Origin: Octopus vulgaris
Lineage: Eukaryota
Length of the DNA stretch: 64,000 nucleotides
Assembly (NCBI GenBank): GCA_951406725.2
Contig: OX597816.1
Coordinates: forward strand, 131,626,001 to 131,690,000
Direction: 5' to 3'
Of this stretch, positions 12,600 to 26,097 are shown piece after piece. Numbering within the stretch: the stretch's first letter is position 1; every line of letters starts with the position of its first letter. The notes under the pieces were generated by a model. The model did not search any database, had not been told where the DNA came from, and worked only from the letters and a program-made list of their open reading frames with translations. The position numbers and the translations under genes are program-made.

Positions 12600-13560
12600 C
12601 CTGCTTTATTTACTTGTTGTTTACCGAAATCCTTACAACAGAGTTTTGGGTACCATATTTTAGCTAACTGTAAAGCTCAATCTTAGGGGATTCCAGTATC
12701 CTCCTCACAGATTATGCATTACACTCAATGCAGTGGCAATTCCGTAAGGAGAGATTTAATGTTAGGCATATTGGTAATCTGCAAGACCTTCTGGTTGGAG
12801 ATGTGGTTATGTCAAGAAACCTTCTTTGTAAATGGCAGCCAATGTAATTCACTGCTCAACTTTTTCATGTGTCAGTGATACAGAATATAGGTCTTAGTGC
12901 AATACAATAGACAAAATTACTGCTCAGTACAGTTTAATGCCTCATTGTTTCCTCAGTCTATCACTGTGCTTTTTGGAAGAAACCATATTTTATTTCTTTA
13001 TCGCCCACAAGGGGCTGAACATAGAGGGGACAAACAACGATAGACAAAGGGATTAAGTCGATTACATCAACCCCAGTGCGTAACTGGTACTTAATTTATC
13101 AACCCCGAAAGGATGAAAGGCAAAGTCGACCTCGGTGGAATTTGAACTCTGAACGTAACGGAAGACGAAATATCGCTAAGCATTTCACCCAGCATGCTAA
13201 CGTTTCTGCCAGCTCGCCTATGGAAGAGACCATATCTGAATGCATGTAGTGCTTCACCTCAGTATCTATGCTGCTATGATCACAGATCATACTATCCAAA
13301 CATAGAGAGGTTATTGCCAATGGGATAGTAGATGAGATAAACTGAACAATCCACTATCCACTCTTTTGGGCATGTGCTCTCCACTAATGATCTCACTCAT
13401 CATCCTTTCGCAAATAATGAAATGGTGCTGGAGAAAGTGTAGCCTAGATGCTATTGTGTTAGTCACAGATGACAGCAGCTGCAGAATTACTTTTCAGAAA
13501 GCTGGAAGATATTTGTCACAGTCAGATCATACATAGTGTATAGTTGAAGCAGGTGTTGTC
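12600..13560 (-). pseudogene. decayed RTE-clade LINE 3' fragment
   Basis: Minus strand LCLDSMICDHSSIDTEVKHYM (compare YLGSxI...IDxEVxxRI) and HNHISNQKVLQITNMPNIKSLL (compare DHISNEEVL..ANMPSIEALL). Confidence 0.7.
12989..13220 (-). mobile_element. young SINE B with 15-bp TSD inside the RTE fragment
   Basis: TGGAAGA(A/G)ACCATAT at 12974-12988 and 13221-13235. Confidence 0.92.
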
Positions 13561-14129
13561 TATTTTCCTAAATGGCTTAAACCTCAATCCCTTGTTTGGT
13601 AGTCCCTTCTCATTCTTGCATTAAAACAGCTAGGGACAAACAACTTATTGGTTGTTGGCATGATATCCAGATATTAGCCTAGTGAATTATAGAAATTATC
13701 TTTCTTATTCATTTGTCAACATTGCAACTTTGCAACAAAATCAGTTACACCTAGATTTCCAGTCAGTGCTAATCTCACCTTCAGTAACCTATCAGATATA
13801 GCAACAGGAAGCGGCATAAGTTGGTTGACAAAACTATTTGTGATGGTCCAGCTACTGTCTTCCTTTCCTGCCTAGAAGAGGTTGTAGTTTTACTCTCATA
13901 ACTCTTCCTACCTTCCCAAGTGAGTTCCTGACAAAAGGGTGGTGTCTAACCCATGGTGCATTAATCTCCTATCAATCATCACAGTTTTTCATTTGGACAC
14001 TGGCTACATCCAACATCATTCTGATATTCCATAAACCCAAAATCAATTTGATTTGTTTCCTACTTTCTGTATTCTACTACAGAAATAGCAAACCCACTGG
14101 GTATGGTGTCCTAGTCAGGTTAAGTTCAA

Positions 14130-14330
14130 TGGACTATTTTTTCCCCTACTCCACTTTTTCTTTTATATTGGGATGTCTCTGGATTGGGGCAGAAATCATA
14201 ATACCTAATTAGGGTTGCCAAGTTAACTGAGCATGATCTTGGGAAGCTGCCACTCATGACCATGATCATTGGCAGCTGACCTCTAAATGCCATTCCACCA
14301 CTCACCATTCACGGACATCTATTGCAGAAC
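14130..14330 (-). pseudogene. possible Tc1-like transposase remnant
   Basis: MVSGGMAFRGQLPMIMV resembles Tc1 VMVWGG...G..PLV; only one motif seen. Confidence 0.3.
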
Positions 14331-14779
14331 ATGTCTACAAAAGGAACATGTGTGTGTTGTGGTTTGGTCATTTGTGTTGCTGAGATCATATCATTCATTG
14401 CTGGGCCTTTTTTGTTGGGAAAAAAAAACTGCATGTAGAATAACTGAAGCAAATGCATGAGCATTGCTGGATATGATGACATTTGGTGTTGGCTTTTACA
14501 ATGGAAAATATTAATAAGGACTGGGAGGACAAGGACATTGTGTGGATCTTCAGAATTGGTCTGTCTGCGCATAAGTCCAAAGCTGTCTACTCAAGTGCCA
14601 AGGTCGTCTGCCTGGCATGAGGTGATGCATGTGAATCAGTTGTCCACTCTCAACATTCTGCATGGTGAATTTGGTGTCGATTGCTTTATATGGGGCGACA
14701 AGATGGCCAATTCTAGAACATCAGAGAAGCTATATCACTCCACAGCTTCACACTAATTGCTCAATCATGAGAAACTGCG

Positions 14780-16960
14780 GTAGTTTACACGTGGTGCTTG
14801 AGTATCTAACGGTTATGGCTCGAATCTTCGCTACACGTGCATGCATACTTACATATAAAGGAATACAAAATAGTTTAGTGGGTTATTCATACGTATGAAT
14901 GTAAAGAAACATCTAAGTACAACACAGGAATTAATTCATTTTCCCAGTGAGCGCATAAAATACTTATAACGAATATGCACACACACACACATTTTATGCA
15001 TTCACTGGGAATAAAAATATCTATTAAAATTAGATTAATCATTAGAGACAAATACTCACACATTTAAATACACGCATATACACACACACTTTCACTCCAT
15101 CATGAAACTTAAGGAGGCAGTTAAATTTCTTCTGTTAATTTCTCTCTATTTTGTTATTTGGGATTTGAACACACGAAGCGTGCGATTAACATCGTAACAC
15201 TTAAAATATTACACTGAACTTCAAAAGGAGCGGAAACTGTGCCTGTCTCACATCAAAACGAATTAGTGAATTACATATTGAAATCTATGCATTAAATTAA
15301 CATTTTTTAGAATGAATTGGAAATGATTTTACAACATTCGTTATTTAGTACTCATGCTGTCAGAATTGGAAAGGCTTTTTTTTTTCTTTTTATGAAATTT
15401 GAAACTTTTCCCCACCTAATTACTGTACAATTTAACCAGCTAATAAAGTAATATTCAACGTATTGTATCTCTTTTCTTATTTTCAGTACTCTCTTTTTTA
15501 ATTATTATTATATTAATGCGTTCAAATAACTTCCGAGACTACAAAGATTTTATAAGGGTATCTGTTCCTTCTCACCCCATAGACGTTGCCGTTATTTAGA
15601 AAATTTATTCTGCGTGTGGTAGGGTATGCATATGTATGTATGTGTGTATGTGTTTGAATCTTACTCCGATATAAATCGGTAAAAATCCGCAGCACTCTTC
15701 AAATGAATCCTTTCCGATATTTATTCTCAACCAAATTTCAGAGACCCCCAATGTCAATGTCACTATCATAAATGCATTGAAACAAATTAGTCCATTTGAA
15801 ACCTGTAACCAACGACGCTATTATACACTAATAGTAATCCAAAATTAAAAAAATAGGTAAAATATGTGTGTGCGTGTATCTTGTTTGTCAGCTGAAGATG
15901 TCGGTCATAAAACCCGCATCCAGACTATTTATAGAGACGTTCACAGCACTTGCCAGTATATTAGACCGTTTTATTATAGAATGTCTGCGGCACACGCACG
16001 CACGCACACACAGACACAGGCACGCACGCGCGCGCACTCACACTGTTCCTTTCACACGTTTCAGATAATCTATAATAGCACTACACTCGAATCAGTCCCA
16101 TAACAAGACCATCCGATAAAACAGGCCGACACATACACACGAACACAAAACACGCACACACAAGGCAGACAGAGACACTCACTAATTAGATTATGTAGCC
16201 GTCATCATATAGACTTCTGAATGCCTGTGTACAACCACTGTTTTAAGAACATTTGTAAGTGTAACCTTTACCGCCAGACAAACCAAGCCTCTTTAACTGC
16301 TTTTTTAGTTTTCTATGTCACAGCTGATCGGCGGATATCTTAGCACTACGTAGACTGCTCTCTCTGCTTCCTCTCACTATCTTTTCTGGTATTCTTCTTC
16401 TCTACCTTCTTTCATTTTATGTGTTACTTTCTTTTTATCTTTATTTTCGTCTCTTCTGGTATATCGCTATTTCTCCCATGCCTCTCTTATATTTTACACA
16501 CGCTGAACGAAACAGAGAGAGATAGAGAGAGAGAGAGCCTTTTACCAGATTGAAACGGGAGCACACACGCACATCTAATCACTTGTATTTCCTTTCTTGC
16601 TCCAGTCGATTTTTTTCTTGAAAGCGTCCACTAACTACCCCGTTACATACATAATAGACACAGCAGAAACTTCTAGAAATAGGATTCTGGATTGCCTGGA
16701 AATAGAAACTTGACATACTTTATTATTCATCTTATTTTAGTTCATTTTTGGTTTTTTTTTATGAGAACCACCTGAACCAGATTACAGATCCCCTTCCCAT
16801 GTCGTTTTTATATAAAGTAATTTTTAGATGAAATCCTACAAATAAATTGATACTTAGCAAGTTGTCTTGTAGTTTAACCGCAAAAATAAAAAGAAATGAA
16901 TTTTAAAAAATAATCTTTGTCAGCGAATAAATCCGAAATGGAAAAGAAAGCTAAACAGGC
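14780..16960. promoter_or_regulatory. CpG-retaining, SINE-free unique region; candidate promoter/regulatory island
   Basis: About 2.2 kb without recognisable TE, visibly more CG dinucleotides than the flanks, with TAAT motifs and a GAGA tract. Confidence 0.45.
16092..16254 (+). other. candidate first exon (Inr-like TCAGT to GTAAGT donor), possibly encoding MPVYNHCFKNI
   Basis: TATAAT 16071, TCAGT 16092, ATG 16221 open to a consensus donor GTAAGT at 16255. No downstream exon identified. Confidence 0.3.
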
Positions 16961-17125
16961 GCAGCCGTGACAGTACGGTAAGAAGCTTGCTTCCTAACCA
17001 CATAGTTCTGGTTTTAGTCCCACAGCATGGAACGTTAGGCAAGTGTCTTCTACTATTGCCTCAAGCTGACCAAATTCCAGTGAGTGGATTTGGTGGATGG
17101 AAACAGAATGAAGCACGTCGTCGTA
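16958..17125 (+). mobile_element. SINE A 5' half
   Basis: Head and GGCAAGTGTCTTCTACTAT core. Confidence 0.8.
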
Positions 17126-17401
17126 TATATATATAAAACAAGTTATTGGAGCAAATTTGGCTTACAACTGTTTCCAGTAGTCATTATAGGTACATTACTG
17201 ATAGGTGATGTATAACCGTCAGTAAATCATAAATCCGAAAGAAAAGTACAGGTCACCGGCCATTAGGGTCTGAAGAAACACTGTAAAGCTAGGTTCTTTA
17301 TGGACGTGGAACCCAGGGTAACCCCATAGACCGGCGTTAACTATCTTTATCAAATATATATGTGTGTGTGTGTGTTTGTGTGCGTGCGTGCGTGTATATT
17401 A

Positions 17402-17439
17402 TCTTTCTGTTGAAGAGCGTAGGCTCGAAACGTTAAAGA
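17402..17439 (+). ncRNA. minimal Penelope-type hammerhead-like motif (variant core)
   Basis: TCTTT-CTGTTGA-A-GAGC-GTAG-GCTC-GAAA-CG-TT-AAAGA: stems I and II pair, stem III is the ACGT palindrome, core has an A6>U substitution. Confidence 0.6.
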
Positions 17440-17543
17440 CTTGTTTTATTTATATTTCCTGAGTGCCATACTAATACAATTGTTTGTTTGTATTCCACCT
17501 GCCTTCGTCTTTTGTCTATTTTCATAAAGCTTCCCGTATATAT

Positions 17544-17584
<41 letters not shown>

Positions 17585-17681
17585 TAATCCAAACATGAAA
17601 ACACAAAGAGAAAACACAACAATGTGAGGACGTGGAACAAGTATAGTGTTATTGGACGCTCGGGAAAGGAAAGAAAGAAGG

Positions 17682-17716
17682 ATTTAATGTTTCGAGCAGA
17701 GCTCTTCGTCAGAAAC
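17682..17716 (-). ncRNA. minimal Penelope-type hammerhead-like motif
   Basis: Minus strand GTTT-CTGACGA-A-GAGC-TCT-GCTC-GAAA-CA-TT-AAAT; stem III decayed (CG>CA). Confidence 0.6.
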
Positions 17717-17834
17717 ATAGGAAAAGGAAAGATCCAAGGAAGGGAAGACGGAGGGGGAAAAAATCGCCAATGATACACACGCGGTCACATTTTGAATATA
17801 TATATATATATCTATGTATGTAAGTATGTATGCT

Positions 17835-18690
17835 TAATTAAAAAATACACATTAAGTACAGGACATCACCTACAACTGAAAATTACGTAAACACACGAGA
17901 GAAAAGTTTAGAACAAAATGCCAAAAGAAGATAACTTGCTCATCAGTTGTCAACTATTTATTACTACCCATTTCGTGCTTTTAAGGACAAGATAGGAATA
18001 AGACAGCAGCATCCAGAAATTTTTAAAATATAAAATTTGTGGAGAGTTAGGGCTCTGTTTTCTGTCTTTCTCTCTATCTCTCTATAATTCTCTATATTTT
18101 CCTTTTCTCCCTCTCCCTCTTTGTCTTTCACTCCTTACTATCTTTTGTTCCTTCTCCCTTCTCTTCACTACTTTTGTTTCTTTCCCTCATCCTCTCTCTC
18201 ATCCCCTCTCTTGTCTCCTTTCTACTTTGTCTGTTGGTCACGTGATTATAGGCCTTTTTCGCTGCCTCTGTCTTTTTTGGATGTGACATCTAACTAGTTG
18301 GACTCATTTCCCTTTTCTCTCCTGTCGACACATTTTTTTCCCTCTTCTACTATTTTCTTCTATTTATTCTATATCCTTTAAAAATTTCTCCCAGGCATTA
18401 CCCATTACAATTCGTCTTGGCCTAACACCCCTTACTGTTTGTCTTTGTCGATTGTTTACTCTGTATGTCCACAATTTTTATATTTTAAAAATTTCTGGAT
18501 ACTGCTGTCTTATGAAGGAAGAATTCCTATCTTATCATTAAAAACATCAGATAGGTAGTTAATAAACAGTCAACAACTGATGAGCGAGTTATCTTCTTTT
18601 GGTATTTTGTTCTGTACTTTTCTCTCATGTGTTTATGTATTGTTCCCTCGTTGGTGATGTTCGATACTTAATGTGTATTTTTTATTTATT
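17835..18690. mobile_element. inverted-repeat element (about 210-bp arms, about 420-bp pyrimidine-rich spacer), Penelope-like terminal structure
   Basis: 17835-18045 is the reverse complement of 18470-18690 (e.g. GAAGATAACTTGCTCATCAGTTGT / ACAACTGATGAGCGAGTTATCTTC). Confidence 0.75.
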
Positions 18691-18719
18691 ATAATTGAAC
18701 CCACGCAGCTTTGTCCACA

Positions 18720-18985
18720 GGCACATAAAAAGCATCACCCAAACGTCGCTGATGCCAGTGCCACATGACTGGCTCCCATGCCAGTAGCATTAAATAGCAC
18801 TATCTGAATGTGATCAATGCCAGGGCCGCCTGACTGGCTCCTGTGCCAGTGACATGTAAAAAGTACTCACTACACTCTCAGAATGATTGGAGCCTGGTAC
18901 AGCCACTGGCTCTCTAGACCTCAGTAGAGCCGTTCAACCCATGCCAGCATGGAAAACGGACGTAAAATTATGATGATGATGATAT
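18720..18985 (+). mobile_element. SINE C, internally deleted
   Basis: Tail CAACCCATGCCAGCATGGAAAACGGACG plus GAT repeats. Confidence 0.8.
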
Positions 18986-19000
18986 ATATATATATATATC

Positions 19001-19087
19001 TTACCAACCACATGGTTCTGAGTTCAGTCCCACTGCATGGCACCTTCTGAGTGAATTTGGTAGACAGAAACTAAAAGAAGCCTGTCG

Positions 19088-19118
<31 letters not shown>

Positions 19119-19570
19119 GTGTCTGTGTTTGCCCAACATCGCTTGACAACTGATGCATTTACATCTCTGTAGCTTAGCAGTTCAGCAAAAAAGACTGATA
19201 GAATAAGTTCTAGGCTTACAAAGAATAAGTCCTGGGGTCGATTTGCTTGACTAAAGATGGTGCTCCAGCATGGCCACAGCCAAATGATGAACAAGTAAAA
19301 GAATAAAAGAATATATGTTTATATCTATGTGTGTGTCCTTGTGTCTGTGTTTGTCCCCTCTCAACCACTTGACAACCACTGTCGGTGTGTTTGAATCTTT
19401 GTATCTTAGTGGTTCAGCAAAAGACACCAATAGAATAAGTACTAGGCTTAAAAAAATAAGTCTTGTGGGCCAATTTGTTCAACTAATCCCCTCCCCTCAT
19501 TGTTCAAGGTGGTACCCCAGCATGACCATAGTGAAATAACTGAAAGAAGTAAAAAAATAAAAGATAACAG
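19001..19570 (+). mobile_element. SINE A copy plus a second 3' half
   Basis: Matches 56071-56474. Confidence 0.85.
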
Positions 19571-20901
19571 TCTGCATATATTAGAAATAATAGTAATATG
19601 AAGTCTGCAGATTAGGTACAGTGTCAATTCGTGTAAGTATAATTAGCTTGGTGATAACCTCTCTAATTTGTAAAATATTCAGCTGATTTGACATGTCATT
19701 CATTGTTCATTGTTGAACTAAAAGCCCTAGACTTCTAGATATAATGTAACTAAATGCTTGAGGATTGTGATAACCAACAAAATATTCAACATGCCTGTTA
19801 TTATAATAGTCAAGTTTTGACCATCTCTCCTATTCAGTGCAAGCCCTACTGGTATTCAGATTATCGACTGTTGCAGAAATAAAAGGCTAAGGCGACCTTG
19901 GCAGAGGATTCATTTTTCCATTGCCGTTGGCTGTTTTTAAACTACTCAATCTGTTCTCATCAATTATCCAGTCTAGTCTTGCCTTTCAGAGAGCACTCTC
20001 ATATGTGTTGTTGGTTTTAGCTGTAGGTGGTGTTAGATGTTCTTTTTCTGCCCACTGAATGAGGTTAAATAAGAGCATTAGACCATGAGGGAAACTAGTT
20101 AGTTTTTCTAGCAAGAAAACTGTTATGGAAAGGGCATGGGAAGAATTTAGTTCTTTGGGTAAGGGAGAAAATATACTTTCAATAAATTATATATATAAAA
20201 AAAATATATATATATAACAAGAACAGTTCCTGGAGACCGACTCAATCAGCTGCTTTGGAATTGGTGATAAGAAGAAAAGGGATATGATGTGGATTCCAAG
20301 CATTGCAACACTATGTGTGTATACATACATACATACATATATATATACATATATTTATATGTGCATGTGTGTGCGTGTATACACATACATATTCCATACA
20401 TATGGATAAATACACATACACATATGTATGAATATAAGTATGTTTAGACATATATATATATATAAAGCCCTTATTGTTGGTTTCCTTGTCCTGTCTTTTA
20501 CTGTTTTTATTCTTTATTTGTACTGTTATTTTTCTTCATTTGTATTGCTTTTACGTCCTGTTCTTGTCACTTTTTTTACCCCTCTGCAAAAAAATTTTAT
20601 TTAATTCATTTTGCGGGAAGGACTGCTTCGGCTGGATCGTGTTCTGCCCTTACCTTCGAAACATGCATTGAGTCGAAACAGGGGCAGCTGAAGAAGGGGA
20701 ATGTTCCTTGTATTGTTTGTCTTGTATTCTGTTTTTTCGTAGTTAAAAAAAGTCCCCTTCCTTGTTTGATTTTTATGTTTTTGTTTCTCGTTGTGTTCTA
20801 CATTTATTTGTGGTGTCCTGTACTCATATATGCATGTATATATACATATAGATGTAGGTATGTACATATATGTATGTATGCATGTTTCATTTATTAAATT
20901 G

Positions 20902-20938
<37 letters not shown>

Positions 20939-21256
20939 CATCCTTCTCTGCTTCACCACTGTACATCTTCAAAGTTGCAAAATATGAAGTTGTCTCCATT
21001 CTGTCTACTCCAACAAAGTGACCACTTCTGACCATGCTTATTTCCTTTCTCTTTAAACATTATATTCCATGCTTCTAGGGGTGGGGACATAGAGAAACTA
21101 GAGGAAGTCTATGAATTAAAGCCCTAGACTCCCTGGGTAAATTCATTTGAATAAAAGAATTCTTTGGTAATGAAAATGTTGGAAAACACTAAACTAGTCA
21201 TATTATTATTATCATCCCCTCCCCAAAATAGCTGCCCTTGTGGCAAAATTTGAAAC

Positions 21257-21311
<55 letters not shown>

Positions 21312-21313
<2 letters not shown>

Positions 21314-21525
21314 GGTGGCAAGCTGGCAGAATTGGTAGCATGCCAGGCAATATGCTTAGCGGCATTTCCTCTCTCCTTATGCTCTGAGTTCAAATGCCGC
21401 CAAGGTTGACTTTGCTTTTCATCCTCTCAGGGTTGATAAAATAAAAACCAGTTGAACACTGAGGTCCATGTAATTGACTTATTCCATCCCCTGTAATTAC
21501 TGGCCTTGTGCCAAAATTTGAAATC
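21312..21525 (+). mobile_element. SINE B in an (ATT)n tract
   Basis: AAGGTGGCAAGCTGGCAGAA head, central domain, GCCAAAATTTGAAA tail. Confidence 0.88.
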
Positions 21526-21545
21526 ATTATTATTATTATTATTAT

Positions 21546-22116
21546 GTTTTTTCCTTCTTTCTTCAAATTTTCTTCCGTTTCTCGCCGAGTGTTTTCCATA
21601 CACCTAGGGCAGAGAAGGGCATTTTATGCATTCCCAGATTACACGCGCAAATTCACAGATAAAATATGTATTTAAAAATTAATAAATAAATAAATTCATG
21701 GATGGATGTTATTTTCACAGCGATAGTGCTCTTCTCAGTACATAAGCCGTTCCAGTTAATACGATTTTTTGCACTTCCTGTAGGGATGGTAAGCCTGGAA
21801 TAATTTTCAAATAGGTTTCAGTACCTTTTTTTATCATTCTCAAGTCGCCTTGAGATGCCACATTTTTTCAATTTCTATTAGCAGGTCTTTATATTTACTA
21901 ATCTTGTCAAATTCTTTCGCCGCTATATTGTGATCACAGGGAATACTCATGTCAATTAATAAACACATCCTTTTTGTCTGATCTTTTATAATAATATCTG
22001 GTTTATTAGCTTTTATAGTCTTGTCGGTCTGCACGGGGAAGTCCCATAGAATCGACACATTTTCTCCCTCAGTTACAGCTTCAGGATGATGTTTATACCA
22101 TTTGTCAGCGGTTTTG

Positions 22117-22118
<2 letters not shown>
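21546..22118 (-). pseudogene. 5'-truncated R4/Dong-clade LINE (restriction-like endonuclease domain plus 3' UTR)
   Basis: KWYKHHPEAVTEGENVSILWDFPVQTDKTIKANKPDIIIKD...IDMSIP...KISKYKDL..EIEKMW, then after a deletion MIKKGTETYLKIIPGLPSLQEVQKIVLTGTAYVLRRALSL*. Flanked by (TAA)n on both sides. Confidence 0.9.
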
Positions 22119-22149
<31 letters not shown>

Positions 22150-24369
22150 GTATTAGTAGTAGTAGTAGTAGTAGCAGCAGCAGTAGTAGTAGTAGTAACA
22201 GCAGCAGCAGCAGTGGTATAAAATGGCAAATTGGAAGAATCATTGTATGTTGGGCAAAATGCTTACTGGCATTTTGTCTTTCTTTACATTCTGAGTTCAA
22301 ATTCTGGGGAGGTCAACTTTGCTTTTCATTTTTTTGGGGGTCAATAAAATAAGTACCAGTTGCACACTGGGGTTGATGTAATTGACTTACCCCCTCCCTC
22401 AAAACTGCTGGCAAAATATGAAATCATTATTATTATAATTGTGCCAGAATTTGAAACTATCATTATTATTATGATTATCATTGAACTGGCAGAATCATTA
22501 GCACGCTGGGCAAGAATGCTTAGCAATATTTTATTCAGCTTTACATTCTGAGTTCAAATTCTGCTTCTTATCCTTTTGGTGTCAATGATATAAATATCAA
22601 TTGAGCACAGGGGTCAAAATAATTGACTAACCTCCTCCCCCAGAATTTCAGGCCTTGTGCCTATGGTAGAAAGGATTATTATTAGTAGTTTTTATTTCTG
22701 GTAAATCAGTTTCTCTTTTTATTGTATTACACTTTAATACCTCTAAAGAATACTAACTTTTTGATACCCTCAATAAGGTGCATATAAAAGAGATTTTCAA
22801 TAAGCACTTATTGGAATTTTCAGTTGGATATAACATGTGTTACATACTGTCATATGTTCCTTAATCAAAAAAATTCTGTCTGAGATAGTGATAGTTTATC
22901 GAAATTCCTTTTTCTCAGTAGCTATCCATTTAACAACCTCTTTTTAATCACTTCGTTTTTTTTACGAGTTTTTTTATCCTCATTATTATTATTTTTTTTC
23001 TTTTTATATACCAATCAATACTTTGATGTGCTGTTTTATTTCCCAGGCCTGTAATATTCTATCTATTTCAATATTATATTAGAAATTCCATTGTCATCTT
23101 TTTTAAATGCAACAGTTATAATTACAATTTAGTGTGTGCTCATTATGGATTTTAACCTGGATCAATATCTTGATACAATTGGTATTAATTTCATTATAAT
23201 TTTTGTGATCCTAATTGAGAAGTTCTAGTCAGTTTGTATTAGAGAATGGAGTGTATTCCTTATTTAAAATGCAAAGATTATGCATTTGTTCTATTATTAA
23301 GAGCAATATCTGATATATTCTGATCAACTTTAGCTGTTATTGAACAGCTTTAGTTCTAAACTCAAAAATATCGATTTCTTGAATGTAATACTGCCCACAT
23401 ATTGCTGAGGGAAAACAAAATGGTGTGATATTCATGAATTTCTCTCGAGTATTAATAATGAAAATTAAAGGAATAAACTGGAACTATCATCAAAAACTAG
23501 TTTATAGACTGAGCTGTTCAAATGTTTATTTTCCCTTCTATTATATTGGTTTCAAATTTTGGCACAAGGCCAGCAATTTTGGGGAGGTGATTAAGTTGAT
23601 TACATCAACACCAGTGCTCAACTGGTGCTTATTTTATTGATCCTGAAAGGATGAAAAGCAAGAATCAACCCTTGTGGAATTTGAACTCAGAAAGTGAAGA
23701 CAAACAAAATACTGCTAAGCATTTTGTCTGGTGTGCTAGCAATTCTGCTAGTTTGTCATCTTATCCTTCTAACATATTAAATATGTTATACTGAATGTTA
23801 CACATTTATGAGGTCATTTTTGTAGGAAAGAGTTTATTGTTGATTGAATCACTGGTACTTATTTTAGTGATTCTGGTAAAAAGAATCAAGTGATCCATTG
23901 AGCTTTGTTCCGAATGTAGAGGAAATGAAAAACAAAAAGTAAACACTTTAAGGTATTCAGTTCTGTCATGCTGTTTCAGTTTCTCACTATGAATGCTGAC
24001 CTCTTGACTGGTTGTCTGATATTCTAGCCTCAAATGCCAGTAATTAACGTAACATTTAGCTAGGCACCAGCAAAATGTTATTTTACTTTTTTTTTAAAGG
24101 GATGTGTACATGGAAATTGTGATGTTCATTTGTAACCCACAGTTATTACTTAATTCTTTTATGACTTATTTCCAACGTAAGTTGTTTGGATTAAATTTGA
24201 AAATAATCAAGAATTTTGAGGATTTAATAAAATAATGAATTTACTATAATTATCACTGACAAAAATAATTTTTATATAGAAAAAATTATCTAACTAGTGT
24301 TTGGAACAATTTAACAAAAGGCTTTTACATAAATTGCTAAGGATTTATTTAAAGTGTGAAGGTTTTTAA

Positions 24370-25046
24370 CACTTTTGTTTGCATATTTCTGTTGAAATAC
24401 ATTGCCTTTGTTTCAAATAGTTTTAGAATAAAGAAATTAATCATATATCTTTGTCATTATTAAGCTGGTTCAAGGCAGCAAACTGGCTGAGACAATAGCA
24501 CACAGAAGTAAATGCTTAGCAGCATTTTGTCTGTCTTTACATTCTGAGTTCACATTCTGTCAAAGTTTGACTTTGCTTATCATCTTTTCGAGGTCGATAA
24601 AATAAGTACCAGCTGAACACTTACCCCATCCTCTGGAATTTCAGGCCTTGTGTCTATAAGAGAAAGGATTATCAAGGTGGTGTAAAGTGGCAAGCTGGCA
24701 GAATCGTTAGCATACTGGGTGAAATGCTTAGTGGCATTTCATCTGTTTACATTCTGAGTTTAAATGCTGCAGATGTCAAAATTTTTTTTTTATCCTGTCA
24801 GGGTTGATAAAATAAGGACCCGTTGAGGGCTGGAGTTGATGCAGTCAACTTGCACTCTCCCCTGAAATTACTGGCCCTGTGTCAAAATTTGAAACTATTA
24901 TTAAGCTGGTGTTTGGAAAATAGATTAGCACAAAAGTTCAATGGAAGATTTTAGTTCAGATCATTCTGGAAAACCAAGTTTGTATCATGGAATAAAGGGT
25001 GGATTGGCATCAAAAGAGTTTAACCAGTTGATTGGTATCAAGAGGG
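24370..25046 (+). mobile_element. piggyBac-type MITE containing two tandem SINE B insertions
   Basis: TTAA flanks, body as 26098, target ATTATTAAGCTGGT present three times. Confidence 0.8.
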
Positions 25047-26097
25047 TTAAGTGAAAAATATTTTCAAAAAGAATTGAGACCTGCAAGCTCAACTTGCAGA
25101 AACTTCACTATGATTCTTGTCTTTAAACTGAATAACGCTAACTTTTACTTTAATGAATGAGTTAGAGGTGAAGAAGAAACGGTGTCCATGATCTTTGCAG
25201 GCCATCACACACTATTGAAATTGATGTGGCCATTATCTAGCCTGAACATCTGTAGGTCAATGTGCACCGGATAAAACATTGGGGAGAAGGAACTGAAGGT
25301 CTGGTTTAAGCACTTTCAACAGAGTGCACTTTGTTAAAGAATCAGGTTGTGGTAATGTAAAACTGGGTAAAATATTAGGCTCCTACCATACTATCTATAT
25401 TATTAATCATATTAGTTATACACAAATGTTAGAAGATTTTTTAAGGCTGACTGAGATGCAATGATGAACAGACAGGGCTAAAGTGGTCTACTTTTTCTCC
25501 AGTGTAATTGAAGTTATTATCATTTATCTCTAGTTGATCCCTTGTGATAGTCACAACCGATATATTTCTACTAGACTGTCCCAGGTTGATTGTTAATTCT
25601 AGCTCAAATGTCTGTCATACTTTTGAAAGTCAGCTGATACAAAGCAGATAGTTTAGAGACATGTTTAGAGACTGTAAAAATTCATATCTACATGAAAAAT
25701 AGTAGAGTTAAATTAGTGTTAAGATGTTTAATACAGGAAAAACTAGCAAGAGATAAATATATGGTGAGGTAAAGATGTAATTAGTCAATGCCTAGTATTA
25801 TTTGCATTGTTTTATGTAGTATAAGAAGTAATACTGCTCATGTTTCACTCATTTTATGACCTCATTAAGAAAGCATGCCTTCACTGTGCTTGCCAAAGAA
25901 ATGATGAAAGTGTTGTTATTGTTGATGTTATCTGCTTTTCCATACTGACATGGGTTCTCTGGGTCAGTACAGATTGAGTTGGTTATTCAGTTCTAATTTG
26001 AAGCTACTGCACTCATAGATAGGTTGGGGATATCTGTATATTGTATTTATGACAGGCGTTTCCTATCTTTAGAGAGTATACATGTTATACATGTTAA

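Noticed and set aside
15888-15925. CTGAAGA followed by a stem-loop, possible hammerhead
   Set aside because: No GAAA after the stem and no stem I or III.
20640-20710. GAAAC and CTGAAGA motifs in permuted order
   Set aside because: A consistent three-stem fold could not be built; at most a decayed repeat fragment.
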